This document shows positions 28,501 to 41,829 of a stretch of 64,000 nt of DNA, one piece after another (the stretch's first letter is position 1; each line of letters opens with the position of its first letter). Origin of the DNA: Tubiluchus corallicola (Eukaryota > Animalia > Priapulida). The notes beneath the pieces were generated by a model that was not told where the DNA came from, ran no database searches, and was given only the letters and a program-made list of their open reading frames with translations. The translations under genes and the position numbers were made by a program. The DNA lies in contig JAQGDQ010000241.1 in NCBI GenBank assembly GCA_030141605.1, positions 277,706-341,705 of the forward strand. Direction: 5' to 3'.

Positions 28501-31500
28501 ATGTTTGTTTTGTTTCACACAATATTAAAACAATGGCTAAATATTTTCTGAAGCAGCACCCCAGTAATTTTAACTACGAGCCGCCACTGGTTACAGACTT
28601 GTAGCATAAGTCTACAACTATAAACGTTTTTAATCTCATTTTTCGTAAGTTTTGTTTAAAGGATTTTAGTGCTGTATTTCCATTATTGTGAATTAATAAT
28701 TCCTGTGTCGCAACGGATGCCGACCATGAGAATCCTACTTCTGACGCCTTATAATTTGATTATCAAAAACTTAATGCAGATGCAGACAAAAATTTATAAC
28801 CTGATGATAGTAGAATGATATTATGTTCTATAAGGACTCTTGTGTGCTCACAATACAACTACATCATGTGATCCATGTCCATATTGCATTTCTGTGACGA
28901 TGTATTCTTACGGTCATGGCAATGACTTTGAATGGGCTCAAAATTGTTTTGCAACCATGAAGAGTTTTAGGACTATAATTACTTTAACCATTTCTGTTGC
29001 ATTGTTACTAAGATCTAGAAGACCTTACTGCGATCTAATTGTCGTCACGTTATCTTTAAAGGTCGCAGTCTGGCAGTCAGCATGACGGGGATTTTACATT
29101 GCTGTGTGCAATGACTAATATCCAACAACACTAATAAAATTTACTTAAAAAGTTTCTGTTTTCATAGATCAGTTGTCATATTGTTTTAATTATTTGTTTT
29201 TGGTGTTCATTTTAATGTAGCTAGATCCCGAGTTGCTGTATAAACCTGCCTCTAAAATTCTGCACCAACATACAGAAATGTTAAATGATGTCTCCTATAA
29301 AGAGGAACAACAGGGAAAAATACGGCGGAAACGCGAAATCTTGAGTCGAGTAAAATCGGAAGAAATTCTGGATCATCGGGGTAAACGCCAAAAAGTTGTT
29401 ACAATGGTAAGTCTGATTTTAGTGAAAGTGCTCTTATGTTGCCCCTTATAGCCTCATCTCCTGCAAGGTTCTGTCTTATGTGTGCATATTCAGTAATATT
29501 CCTTCCTTCCTTTATTTCTTTTTCGTAAATTTAATCCTCATTTTACTTCATATTTGGTAAGATTTCTTAAATAGATTAAATGGATAAAAAGGGGCCTGAA
29601 GAGTGCCTGGAAATTTTCTCTATTCAGACCAAAGAAATACTTAAAAGTTGAATTAGTTCAGTAGTACTCTTTTTTGTTGATCATTTTAGCTTGATTAAAG
29701 GGCAGTGTTATCATGCAGCTTTTATGTTGCAGCTTGTGTTGTCCAAGAAAAATCCCATGTGTCATGATTATCTAGCTTTCTAATTTTTATTGGAATCCTT
29801 TATCCCTTTTGATGAATCTCAAAATTGTCACTGTTTGCTGTACAAACAATTAACAATTGGCACAATAAAGCTGTTAGTGGGTAGCCATTTTGACAAGGCT
29901 TTGATATAATGGCTATTTTTGCAATAATAGCAAAGATTGTTTGGATATGAATGTGTGTGATTATACCAGCAAAGTAACCATCGAATAAACGGCTGAAATT
30001 TTGCTGGCCTGTTTTTGCTGAAAATTAATCTGACTAAAGTTGTAAATTATGATGGTACTTTTCACGAGCGAACCTTGCAGTTTCACAAAGTTGTAATGCC
30101 AGAGTTGCCTAGAACTTAAACATTTTGAACTGCATGTTCAGAACTCAGTTTTGTATTGTGCAAAAAGCTGTGTACCAGACAAACATTTTTGAAATTGTTT
30201 AGGTATTCTACAGTGTGTCAGATATTGTTAAATTTTGTGGTTTTTTAACAAATCTGTAAGTGACAGAATGTTCAGAACTAGAAAAACTTTACCTGATGTA
30301 GAAAATACACAACAAATATTTATCAAACGTGTGGAGTTGGTTTAACGATTGCATTGCTTTTTTCATGATTGCAGGATTGTGCTCGCGGCACAGCCAAGTG
30401 CTTCCAATTTGTCTGTAACATAGGAGAGCTAGGGAGTGATGAGACAGCTGTGATACGCATTAGAGCTCGTTTATGGAATAGTACATTAGTAGCGGTAAGA
30501 GACTTGATTTGTATTTTTTCTGTCTGATCCACAAAACGGGCACTTCAGACTGCTTTCTGCACTTTTAATAGTTTTAAATTCAGGACTAAAATGCACAGCA
30601 AGAGATGTTGGGAAGTCATTTTGTAAGAGAGTTTGCTTAAAGCTCAATTTTCCACAGTTCTTTTCTTTGTTAGTTATATCGATAACGTAAAATGCGACTG
30701 CTTTTGGTACTTGGTCATTCATTCTTAGTTGAGTGAACAATCATTGCTATCATTTTTATCACACTTTGTATGCAAACACTAGCCATTGCATTCTCCTGCC
30801 ACAATAAGCCATTCTACGCAAGCACAGTTGCTGTAGGTCAAAGGTTAACTGAACCCAGCATGTCTTAAATAACTACAATGGTCATGTGACTTTATACACG
30901 TAACTACATGTAGATAAAACGGGTGAAACACATGGTTATTTTTATTGTAATAATACACATGTATAATTTTAAACTAACGTATTATTCTTATCTGAAAACA
31001 GCTAGCAAAATAGAAGCAGCAATCCATGTAAAATGAAACAAATGAAGCAAAAATTAACGTTAAGAATTGTTACTAATACAACAGCATGGGCTGCGAGGCA
31101 TTGTTAAGTGTAAACAAATGTGTTGAGTGGTTCAGATAGCATTGTTAGGTTAACCTAACCTTTGACCTTTTCACGATGATCATCAATCACTGGAACTGTG
31201 AAAAGGCTTATTGATAAATATCATATTGCTGGCAGACTCAAATAAATTGTGCTTTGCTTATGCTTTTAAACTGAATTCTGTCTACAGTTAACAGATTATT
31301 ATTAATAATTACAGTAACTATGGTCTCTTACCTTTTACAGTTAACAGTATTAAAGTTAGAATCAAATTGCCTCAATTTCAATGTGAAACGTGTAGAAAAA
31401 ATTAGCTGTCGTAAATCTGCAGTTTGGTATTCCATTAGAGTACTTTCTATTGCAGGATTACAGCAATGTAGACTACGTTCAAATAATATCAAGAGCGACT

Positions 31501-33263
31501 GTAGAAATAGATCCATCGCTAAACGTTGAGCAGAATGTCTCAAATGACAGTGCTTTTGTAAGTATGACTGTATGTCACGGTGCATTAATTTCAAACCATG
31601 AAATTTCATGTCATAGCTGCCCGGAAAGCAGAAGGTCAGAGTTCAAGTCTCAGTGGAGGTGCAAAAGTTTTTCAGACTTTCAAATCTCGTATTACTTTCA
31701 TGTATTTATTGAATAATTATGTAAGTGGAGCATATGTTCTGTTTCTTCTTTATTTTTGTGTTTAGTGGGTTTTTTCCTGCAAATTTCTGCTACTAGACTT
31801 CCAAAATTTGTATGCCACATTTGCTTGTTTAACAGCATACAAATAATAGCAGAGTGCAGAGTCAATTTTCTGACACATTCTATTTTCTGAAATATCTACA
31901 GCAATGAAACTTTCAGTGTTTATATTACTTGGTTTTTCATCCCTGGCTTTCAAGTGTGGCAGTGCTCAATTGATCAGTTCTCCATTGTGGGACTAAACTC
32001 AGTTAATAACACTGATTTGCCAATTCTAAAATCTATTTATTTCTATTCCTTTATCTTAAACCAAAAAGTAAGCTGTCATTTTGAGTCTAAAATAACCTTT
32101 ATTATTAAAGTAGCCAAGTTTATCCGTAAAAAATTTGACAAACAAAATACTGTAACAATTGATTTTACATTTTATGTTTTAGGTTGTTACAAAAGCATAT
32201 CCAGATGCATTGCATGTAGAAGTAGAACAAGAAATTCCGCTGTGGGTCATAATAGTCTCAGTTGCAGCTGGAGTGATAGTCTTAATACTCATTATTGTTG
32301 TGCTATGTTTGGTAAGTGTGCCTAAGGCAGTTTTTGATTCAAATCGTTTCCTTCTTGTGGCCTTTTGTATTACTAGCAGTACTATAAATGTGTTTGTACA
32401 TTCATTTGATGTAATGCATAGCCTCCTAACTGTGGTGCTGCAGCACCTCCATTTGTAGTGTAATGGATAAGGCTGTAAAGCTTACTATTTTGATCCAGAG
32501 ATTCCTGTTTTGATGCAGTGTGATTTAGGGGCTTACCTAGCCAGTTGTTTGAGAAAATAGCATTTGGTGATAAGGCCGTCCAAAGGCAAGGTAACTGTGG
32601 TTAGTTCATTAAACTGTTCTTTGGCCACTTTTTTGTATGATATTTGAAGTTTAAGAACAAATTAATTCTGTCTCATTAAACTCATTAAATATAAAACAGG
32701 CTTCATCTTGGCAGCATTGTTCTTGTCTTCTATAGATAGAGAGATCGTAAAGCTCAAGTTTATTATATTTCTGCTATTAATTATTTTTAGCTGTTAACAG
32801 AGATAGTTCTCTGACAAATAGAGTTTTCTTATCATAAACATTGGCTTGGCAGTTGAACCTGCAACTGGGATGCTTTCCTCTTCTACTGAATAAGCTTAAT
32901 TGTCCTGTGCCAGGAATAATGCAATCTAAAGTGAAGTTTTCAATAATAACTTTGGCGCATTACAGACAGTAATTGACTTTTTGCAGCAAAAACTCCATGG
33001 TATTTTTACCACGGAATTGGGACATTTCACACGAATTAAAACAAGGGTGACTAACGCACTGTAGTTATGTAACCTGCTGGATTGAAATTAGCATCTGCAG
33101 CCGTCATATTTCAGATTTTACAACACTTGAAATTTTAAAATTCCCATTGCTAGATATCAGCATTGATTTATCACCTTTTTTGCAGTTGGGCTTTTTTAAA
33201 CGAGATCGACCGAAGATGGAAACGGTTACGCTGGAGAAGAGCACGGCTAATGATTGGCACTGA
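11345..33263 (+). CDS. Integrin alpha subunit, laminin-binding alphaPS1/alpha3-alpha6-alpha7 type (5'-partial, multi-exon)
   Basis: 24 GT-AG exons join in frame (3103 nt, ~1033 aa): 11345-11484, 14013-14092, 14279-14461, 15261-15417, 15731-15953, 16869-16959, 17440-17560, 17882-17970, 18728-18867, 19690-19788, 20357-20508, 20761-20855, 21487-21722, 22305-22446, 23075-23164, 23544-23707, 24433-24538, 25114-25233, 25717-25776, 29221-29406, 30375-30494, 31456-31557, 32183-32311, 33186-33263. FG-GAP repeats (LLVGAP, FGAPG, DLNNDGYLDLIVGAP, DINHDGFMDLAVGAP, DMDGNGYPDVAVGAY), ARPVI, CGSDDVC, furin site RRKR, TM helix IPLWVIIVSVAAGVIVLILIIVVLCLL and cytoplasmic GFFKR. KDDQWLGVAISSQGPG, CAHR, GHEQYGYCQ and GKYLLYM resemble ITGA6/alphaPS1. 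No I-domain. The first exon was not found. Confidence 0.95.
11639..11653 (+). CDS. Candidate 15-nt microexon of the integrin alpha gene
   Basis: tctctttttgcag|GCTTAGGGCTTGCAG|gtatat; phase 1-1, matching the flanking exons; adds 5 aa (R-LGLA-A). Confidence 0.45.
16062..16355. mobile_element. Tc1/mariner (pogo/Tigger-like) MITE
   Basis: TA|CAGGTCATCATCGACATATGACC ... GGTCGTAAGTCGACGACTACCTG|TA: imperfect ~23-bp TIRs with TA target-site duplication. Confidence 0.75.
19565..19611. repeat. (TG)n microsatellite
   Basis: Direct reading. Confidence 0.9.
19801..20125. mobile_element. MITE family copy (GGCACRTTCAGACTAG-type termini)
   Basis: ggcacattctgactaaaagttttct ... agaaaactcactagtctgaacacgc; related copies at ~36147-36322 and ~61571-61672. 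Confidence 0.6.
21721..21840 (+). repeat. 20-bp minisatellite (6 copies) starting at an integrin 5' splice site
   Basis: Consensus GAGTAAGTGGAGTAATGAAT x6. Confidence 0.85.
22725..22806 (-). mobile_element. 5S rRNA-derived repeat (SINE3-like) fragment
   Basis: Reverse complement aaagttgagcaatacttgcttggcctggttaataaatggataggtgcc...ggtggtttcag; a third copy lies at ~20150-20223 (+). Confidence 0.5.
25363..25562. repeat. Degenerate (GAT)n low-complexity tract
   Basis: Direct reading; intronic. Confidence 0.8.
27473..27541 (+). CDS. Candidate 69-nt cassette exon of the integrin alpha gene (ENLVMSVSYRQHVTGHLGSTDKQ)
   Basis: ttcatag|...AAACAG|gtactg; phase 0-0, no stop, GC-richer than the surrounding intron, preceded by an AG-free zone of about 75 nt. 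Confidence 0.5.
28047..28589. mobile_element. hAT-family MITE
   Basis: TIRs CAGTGGTGGCTCGT ... ACGAGCCGCCACTG flanked by an 8-bp TSD GTTACAGG / GTTACAGA. Confidence 0.85.
30782..31233. mobile_element. Degenerate MITE / long inverted repeat
   Basis: caataagcc..cacagtt..aggtcaaaggtta is mirrored by taacctttgacct..aactgtg..ggcttattg. Confidence 0.5.
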
Positions 33264-35940
33264 CGCTGAGTTAAATTAGCTCATCATTTTTGTAACTATG
33301 TCCATTGTTGCGTGAAATCAGTTAACACGTTCGTCCATCCTGTATCACTCATGCATGCATAGAATTCTGCAAAGTTGTGAATTCCCACCTTGGTTTACAT
33401 TGTTCCATTTAAATGTTCTGAGATAGTTTTTCGTCTATGGATTTGTTGTCACCGCCATCAGTTCTGTTATTCTAGTGATTCCATGTACTTGGGGAAGGTC
33501 ATTCATTGAACCATTTGCTAGAGAAACTCATTCATCTTCTTCATTCATGTACCCACGCCGAGAGTGGTCATTCCATAGGTAAGCTGTTTAGTCGTGTCTG
33601 TTTGTGTGTCCATCTGTCCAGGCGATGTCTGGGCAAGAACTGGGAAACCGTTGATTTTTAGGTTAAAGACACAAGGTAAAAAAAATATCAAGTAGTCAAA
33701 ACGGAATGAAGTTATAATCCCAAACTTGGCATAGGGATAGGTCTACCAATGACCTGGAAACTGGCTGCTTCTTGGTTCTATAGTTCCAAAATCAAAGTCT
33801 TAAGTCGTAAGATCGAAAGCGTCAGAATAATTAGTTTTTGGGCTTCTCCCCTAGTTTATCTGCATTCAGAAAGGGGGTGTTAGATATAGATATTTAATTA
33901 AAGCGTCCTTTTTTATATAAAATTGTGTTTTTCATGTCCAACAAATGTTCTGAAACATATGACCTTCCCTAATACATAACTGAAGAAATACTAAATTGTT
34001 TGCAGAATTTTATGCATGCGAGTATTTTTGTCTTGATACAGGCTGTGATAATGAGCAAAACTGGCCTATTTTGCAATTGACGTGAGGCTGTTATGTGTAA
34101 AGTGAGAATCGGGCCATCTTTTCCTGTATTATATTTACATCTGTGATGTTTGTATGAGGTGAGGTAGTGCCACTGTAGTCTTCAATGATTTCGTCACATG
34201 AAATCACGTGTTTATCGAGTTTCTAGTGTCTACAGATGGAAATAACAGCAGAAAGTATATGTAAGGCATGTAGTGTAAATAAGTGAAATGATAAGGCATG
34301 CTGTTTGTGGTTGTTGTTGTTTTTAAGTAACATTGTAGTAAATAATCGATTATTTTCCTTTGTAAGACAGATTAATTAATATTTTCAAAATAGGTTTTTC
34401 CCATTCCTTTGGACAAAAGGGAGAACTTAAACTATCAGGCAATTTCTTTTCCCTTTCTATTATCCAAGTTTCTTTTAGTTGGAAAAAATGCCACTTGCTT
34501 CACTGTGCCCATTCAAATATTCTTGCAGGAAAACTATGTAGCTGAACTGATCAGCAAGCTGTAGTTGGACTGTTTTCCTCTGGGCACCTGAACTTTACTC
34601 AACTATGACCATTCCTTACGCACTATCAAAACCGGTAAAGTGTGGATGGGCATTTGTCCATAACATATGCCCTACAGACATTGAGCAGACACAAACTAAC
34701 TCACAAGCCTTGAGGTAAATTTCCCAGAAAGGCTCAAGTTTTGTTAGCACGTTGGTCATACGTACAGCTATTGTCAATAATGTTAAGCGGCATGTGTTGT
34801 TTGACACGTCATGTTGCCCTGATTATAAAATAGTTTCAGTCAGGTAAACGGACATAAATACTAATAAGTAGTAACAAAGATCGTATCGTGTGATATGTTG
34901 GCAACATTAGTGTGTAAACAATTTGGTCATTGTTGTGTTTTAATCACTTTTGTGCAACGATGCCAGACAGTATGAATTATATTGTGTGTCTTTCTGGGAA
35001 ATTTAGATCACCACTTATACCACTGTTAATCCTACACTTAAGCAAGCGTTTCAGTGCTCATTTCATAACTGTGCAGAAGGAAGCAATGTATCTTCAGAAT
35101 GTTCAGTTTTGTTTCATTTTGGTGCTGTTGGGGCAATTAAAAACTTAGAATTCAACTACGTTTATGAAAAGTTGTAAAATTATTAATCAAGTAGTGACTT
35201 AATTAACAAAATCGTATAAGATAATTTATTTTTACTTCTTCTTATATAGCTGGTTTCTCACACTGTGTTCTTGATTGCAAAGTTAAACACTATTGGGTCT
35301 CTTTAGTAAATGGATGGGTGACAATCATTAAAACCATGTTTTCATTTGCAACTAGCTATTTCTTATGTAAAATGTGATGTATACTTGTCTGAACTTCACT
35401 CATCTGCTGGTTCAGTTTTTCGTTTAAGAAGATTATTCCTGATAATAAGCTAGGTCAGGTGTCACCACAGCCTTTGTCATTGAGTGTCATATCTTGGCTT
35501 GCAGAAAACCAAACTGCATTAAATATACACAAAATACACAAGAGTAAAACACATAATTATTATTGCAGAAATATTTCGCTTAAATGAAATAGGCCTGTAT
35601 GACACTATACGAAGTATAGAGGAGGTTCAAGTGAGAAACTTAAACCTTATAACATCCTTTGTCTTATCAAATTAGTCAACTAAACGATTAAATTTTTAAT
35701 TTCTGACATTCTAATCCAAGATAAGGTGTAGTAATTTGAATAAACATTGTAAAAATAGTCTTTAATTACAAAATTATTACGATTTCATTTTGCCTAAAGC
35801 GTGAGGCCAGCTTTTCTCAAAACTGACCCAAAATGAGGGTGAAGATACCTTGCTTCATTTGCACAGTGTCGATTTATTATTACACATGGAGATCTTTATG
35901 GTACTCGGTGTAAAGGTATGTAGTAGACATGTATGTATGT

Positions 35941-36322
35941 AAACATTAGAATATCTGTTTAAGGCACTTCAATCTATTTATAAGAAATATTCCTAACCGA
36001 ACATTCAGACTTGAGAGTTAACATGCAAGTGTGAAATGGCTTAGCAAGTTCTCTTGACAAGCTTTTGCAAATTCTTCAAGAGTAGCAAAACATTAGAATA
36101 TCTGTTTAAGGCACTGTAATCTGTATAACAAATATTCTTAACCCAACGTTCAGACTTCAGAGTTAACATGCAAGTGTGAAATGGGTTAGCAAGGTCTCTT
36201 GGCATGCTTTTGCAAACTTTTCAAGAGTTATTGAAAATTCTCTACGACAGTAAGCATGAGCTGACTTTCAGCAAAACTCGCAACATACCTCACTCAGAGA
36301 GAAAATTCTCTACTCTGAACGT
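35941..36322. repeat. ~147-bp tandem duplication overlapping a MITE copy
   Basis: The unit aaacattagaatatctgtttaaggcact...tcaagagt occurs at 35941 and ~36088; the second copy runs into acgttcagact...actctgaacgt inverted termini. Confidence 0.75.
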
Positions 36323-38156
36323 GCCGTTAGTTCTATGCATCTGACTTTAGCAACCATGCATCTAGCACAAAATGTTCCTGACACATGAATGCATAGAAAC
36401 TTCTTACAACAATAATGAACCTTCTTAGGGGTGTCTGTAATTTGTTATATCAGTCCAAGCAAATTGCAATAAAAACGTGTTGCCTAAAATGGCATTATTT
36501 ATTGAAAATTAGTCTGTTTTGTTAGTCGCAATTAGTCAGTTTGTTAAAATGTTATGTAAAGCAATTTTTTGTGCATTTATTAATGTTGTTGTAAATAGTT
36601 GGTCAGTGGTCAATCAGTTTTAAAAGGTGCCCGATAATGGCTCCCATTTTTAATCTGCTAGTACGAGCTTAGTTTGTAAGTGTTAAATGTTTTCTTATAT
36701 GTTTTAACAAAAATACTAGCAATGGTACTGTTCCCAACCTGCTGAAATTAACTGGATTTTTTTCTGGCTTAATCCAGGTTGTAGTTACGATCACACTTGC
36801 GTAGCTATGCATTGCAGTTTTGAATTCTTTAACCTTATCCAGATGACTTTTTTATACTACAAACATTCGTGGCTGGTCCACTATTGTTTGCCTTTGGAAT
36901 TTTCATGCATACTCAATGACTTTATTGGAAGCTAAAACATTTTTTATGTATAGTTTTTTCATGTATGTCATTCATATGTTAACAAAAAATTCTAGTATTT
37001 TTCAAGTCTTCTAAACACCATAATCAGTCTTTGCCAATATTACAATGTTTTATGTTTTGCTTTGCAGATAAGATAACAAATGTACATTAAGGTAAAATAA
37101 AAAAATTATAAAAAAAAACTTTTTTATCAGATTAGAGCATGTCCTATATTACTGCTTTGTAATTACAACTGCTCTATAGCTTTGAATTCAAGACACTGCC
37201 AATTTGTATAGTACAATGTATTATCTTTTTTGTTTGTTATTATCAACAATTATTGCCAAATGTACAGTTCTAGTCACCATAACAACATTATTATTGCGTT
37301 TTTACATGTAGTTGTAGCATTCTTGGATATAAATGGACTTTGTAATATAATAATATAATGATATATGATTGTAATTTTACTCGTGAGTTTAGAATTTTCT
37401 GTTAGAATTTACATTTTTTCAGCTTTTTTGCAATAACTGGCTCAAATGAGGAAGATAAGATAAGATCAGATATATTTATGTATCTCCTGCATGTTTAACA
37501 TTACACGCACGCACGCACGCCCGACCGCGAAAAATATTTTGTAGTATTGTAATTAGAAGAAAATGCAGTTAGTGCGGAGAAAGGGTAGTGAACGGCCATA
37601 TAGTCAACAAAGTCAGCTACATTTATTTTAGTGCTTCTGGATATTTCATAAAACCTGAATTAGCTAATGATTGTAAAAAATTCATTTCTTAGAATTCATC
37701 AAGATACTGAAATAAGTACCTCAATGGGAGAATTCAACAAAGAACAGAAGCACAATTAAAAACTAAAAATGCATTGAAATAATATAATTATAAGCAACTA
37801 AAGTACCATGCATGTTTAAAAGTGAAAATTATGGAAATTAATACATGTGTGAAGCTTCAAAATTGTGCTATAAAGTAAAAAAAAGAAAAGAGTCTTCACG
37901 GAGTACAGTAGTTGAAAGAAATAAATAACTAATACATTTTATTGATTTAGAATCAGCAAAAATTCCGGGCCTTATCATAAATCTGTCAGTGGACTGCTCG
38001 TTGAAGATCTTATTTAATTACTCAAGGTCACATTTCATCGTCGATTTTGGTACTCCTGTTTTGGAATCTGAAATGTGTTTTGTTGTACTTTCCCATGAGC
38101 GATGTAAATTGTCGGAAGTTTAAAAAATTCAAACGCCTAGTTGGAAACAACAATAA

Positions 38157-38743
38157 CGCCTGGTTTACACGATCCGACAAAGTCGGGCTGTCGGATGAAT
38201 AGTTTATACGACCAGACAAAATCGAACGACAAAATTGGATGGAGACGGACAGATTTTATAAGACGTCATGTGAGCAGGAAAATCCGATCGATTCGTCGGA
38301 TAATAGTCAGGAGGGCTATCTTCCGATTCTCTGGTATTACATGTATATAATAAAACTTCTCGCTTTCACGTGACATATTATATAGACTATTATGAATTTG
38401 AAAAGGCGTATTAAATAGTGTAAATAAGAGAAAATAAGCTTTAATCAAGTTGTGTGCAGCGTAGCGTATGATGTGGGGTGACCACAGTAAAGAAAGAGAG
38501 CGAGTTGGAAGAAGGGAAGGGAGAACGAGGCGGAAAGTAACTAAGGATGTGAGAGCAGGGAAGAGAGAGAGGACGTAGCGAGAGAGAGAGTGAGTGAAAG
38601 GGAGTGGGAGTAGTTTTACATCATTTAACAAGTAATACAAGATTTGTCGGCTGACAAAATCGGATCGTGTAAACGTAATATCCGACAGCAGTCAGTCTGC
38701 ATCCCACAACATCCGATGAAAATCAGATCGTCTAAACCGGGCT
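38157..38743. mobile_element. PIF/Harbinger-like MITE
   Basis: TIRs GCCTGGTTTACACGATCCGA ... TCAGATCGTCTAAACCGGGC, TAA on both sides, internal subterminal ATCCGAY/RTCGGAT repeats. Confidence 0.8.
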
Positions 38744-39494
38744 TAAGAACCCGAGCGTCTGTAAGCTGCATTACCATATACTGAGGACAGATTTTGGTGT
38801 GAAAATCGATAAAAAATGGCCAATGGTTTAAGACCAAAGACTTTGCCTGTATTTGTCGAGTAATAATACACAAATATTACGTGAAACTTTTATTAATATT
38901 AGTGGAGGCGTACTTTGCGAACACGAATTGCGCATACAGTCTGATGGTGACTTAGGTGGTCAAAATCACGAATAGACTTCAGCATAAAGACATAACGTTG
39001 CTCAAATGCTGCTTTTGTGTTAAAAACACCAACTAGGCGAATGACCAATACAACTATTTATAGATATTTCGAGTCGAAATTTTTTTCGACAGACAAACAA
39101 ATAATTTTTCATAAAACAAATATCATAAAAAAGCCCTTATATAATAATTTTTTAAAACTTTTATTTGAAAAACCCAAAGTTGTAAAGAATGTTATAAATA
39201 ATTTAAAAACTTAACTTTTTAGTTAATTATATTAATGTAATTGTAATACGTTGTGTTCTATGGGGATTCGCTTAAAGATAAATGAACGAATAAAATGCTG
39301 AGAATAAAACCAAAATAGCCTCGTTTTACGCAGAATTTATTAAAATTCTGAGTGTGGTGCGATAAGATAAGAATTTGATTCAGGATTGACTGTCGTCTTC
39401 GTTTCCGTCTTTCCTTCTCCTTTCATTGTTCAACAGAATTATGTTTGCGTTACTTACTGAAGGAATCGGTACAGTTATATTTATTGGGTTTGTT

Positions 39495-39497
39495 TAC

Positions 39498-39579
<82 letters not shown>

Positions 39580-39697
39580 ATTATTATTATTATTATTGTC
39601 ATCATCATTGTCATATCATTATCATTATCGTTATTGTCATCATCATCATCATTAGTATTGCTTATTTATTTATTTACTTATTTATTTATTATTTATT
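39495..39697. repeat. Compound (ATT)n/(GTT)n/(ATC)n/(TATT)n microsatellite
   Basis: Direct reading. Confidence 0.95.
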
Positions 39698-40395
39698 CGC
39701 GACCAATATTACACAAGATTGCAGCAAAGCCTACTATAATAAGCAGCGGATGTGACTCATGTGAGATACCGCATCCGATTCATTCTCGCGACGTTTTATC
39801 AAAACAGAGACCGTGTTGTGTCTGTCTACAGGAAAATAAACCCTTGTAAATCACGCCACATATGTAAGACGTGAATTATATATGTACTTATTATTAGAAC
39901 ATTTTGCCTTAGGTTAAGTAGTACGTGCGATGTGGTAAGATGTGGTAATACACTTGAAGGAGTAATACACTTTGCTCGCTTGGATGTGGATTCATAGATA
40001 CTTTGTATTTGTTAATGTTGTTATATCATTGTAACAACAAGCACTTTGTAGATCGATTACTATGCAGAAAATAAAAATGGTACGTACGTATAATTCTCAA
40101 GACCTACCGTTATGGTATCTTTTTCGAATTTTATTCTGCAAGCTTGACGTTTACAATGCGGGCAATAGATGAAAATGATGATGAAAATTGATGGTGATGA
40201 TGATGATGATGATGGTAGTGGTGGTAGTGGCAATGATAATGCCATTTTAATAATTTGTCGGTTTTAACTGCATACCGTTCTTTTCTATATAGATCGCCAC
40301 AAATTAGGCCAATGGTCACTCAAGTTAAGAGCTCCAGCGAGAAGGTGAAGATATGAATTATTATAAATGCCCAGAGAATAAATATACGGGAAAAT

Positions 40396-40449
<54 letters not shown>

Positions 40450-40605
40450 CACTAGTAGTAGTAGTAGTTGTTCTTGTTCTTCTTCTTGTTCTTCTTCTTT
40501 TTCTTCTTGTTCTGTCCTTGTTGTTGTTGTTGTTCTTGTTCTTGCTCTTGTTTTTGTTCTTGCTGTTGCTGTTGTTGTTGTTGTTGTTGTTGTTCTTGTT
40601 GTTGC

Positions 40606-40654
<49 letters not shown>

Positions 40655-40657
40655 GCT
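40396..40657. repeat. Compound (TAG)n/(TTC)n/(TTG)n microsatellite
   Basis: Direct reading. Confidence 0.95.
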
Positions 40658-41099
40658 AGTATGAGTGTGGATATGTCCCTCGGCAACCAAAAGAAGCGGC
40701 ACTTGGACTTGAAGGTAATTGTCTCTAGCTCAAGAGGGCGCACCTCTGAGAGAATTCTACTATTAGTACATCAAGCTTCGTTGATTGACCCATCACCCCC
40801 TTTCGTTGAAAACAACGTCAAACGTACATTCTTCATATAAAACGATGACCGAAAGAGCGTGAATCATGGGGTGCGATAGCTTCGTCAAGCACTGTAGAAA
40901 GTAACCAGGTTTCTGTAATACTGAAAATGCAGCAGTTCCTAAAATCTTGTAGTTTGTGATATTTCTGCACTCTAAGATCGTAGAACACAATTCGAGGCAA
41001 AGCAAGTGAACATGAGTAAATCCATTTTCATAGTAGGCAACACAGTATTATAATGAAGAAAAAATGATACACAAGTTTCGTATTCATCACATTAAAGAT

Positions 41100-41510
41100 G
41101 ACAATCAAAGCCAGTCTGGGCTTCAGTTCTAAGCAAATTCAAGATTTCTTTCGAACATTTGCGATGCTTCGAACATTTGAGCCAAGTTGTAAAGTGGTAC
41201 ATTGTAGTAAGTACTACACAGAGTGGTATCATCAGCATAGATATAACAAGTTTAGAAAGCACAGGATCTGGCAAGCTGCTGATTAACAGCACAATCAAAG
41301 TAGCAGCTATTGCACATCTTTGAGAAACACCAGCATTGATTTCATGACTATACAGATGAAGACTGACCTTCTTAACAACTTGCAATCTGCAATTATTGAC
41401 GTATAATGATGTAAAACACACAGAGTATCGCCACGTATGCATATGATTGAGATTTGTCAAGTAGGCTCTGTACCAGACTTTGCCAGAAGTCTTGGTGATG
41501 TTAATGGCTC
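41100..41510 (-). mobile_element. Degenerate LINE (CR1/L2/Jockey-like) reverse transcriptase fragment
   Basis: Minus-strand AINITKTSGKVWY (~ALDISKAFDKVWH), INAGVSQRCAIAATLIVLLISSLPD (~[21 protein letters not shown]), then a frameshift into YADDTTL. Confidence 0.8.
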
Positions 41511-41829
41511 CTGCTCATTTAGAATTGTCTTGGCAGTAGAAAACTCCGCAACTAATATGCTCCCCTATGGGAGAGGGAGAGGTGAGAACAGCGGAAATCG
41601 AACTGCGTACCAAGGTCAGAATTGTCCATTTTACTACAGTATTATTAAAATATCCATCGTTGTTGATAGTACAGTATGCAATTTTCACAATTTTTTGTCA
41701 GCTAGGGCCTTTTTAGAATGAGTAGATTTAGAATTTAAATTATCAGAAAAAATTATCGAACCTTTTTATCTTTTTTACCAGTCTGTCCAGCTTGTCTCAG
41801 CGACACTGCACAACTGTTTTCGTCGAAGA

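Noticed and set aside
40661-40714. ATG-initiated phase-0 segment (MSVDMSLGNQKKRHLDLK|gtaatt) as a first exon for the ANK-cGLR
   Set aside because: It abuts a microsatellite and has no independent support.
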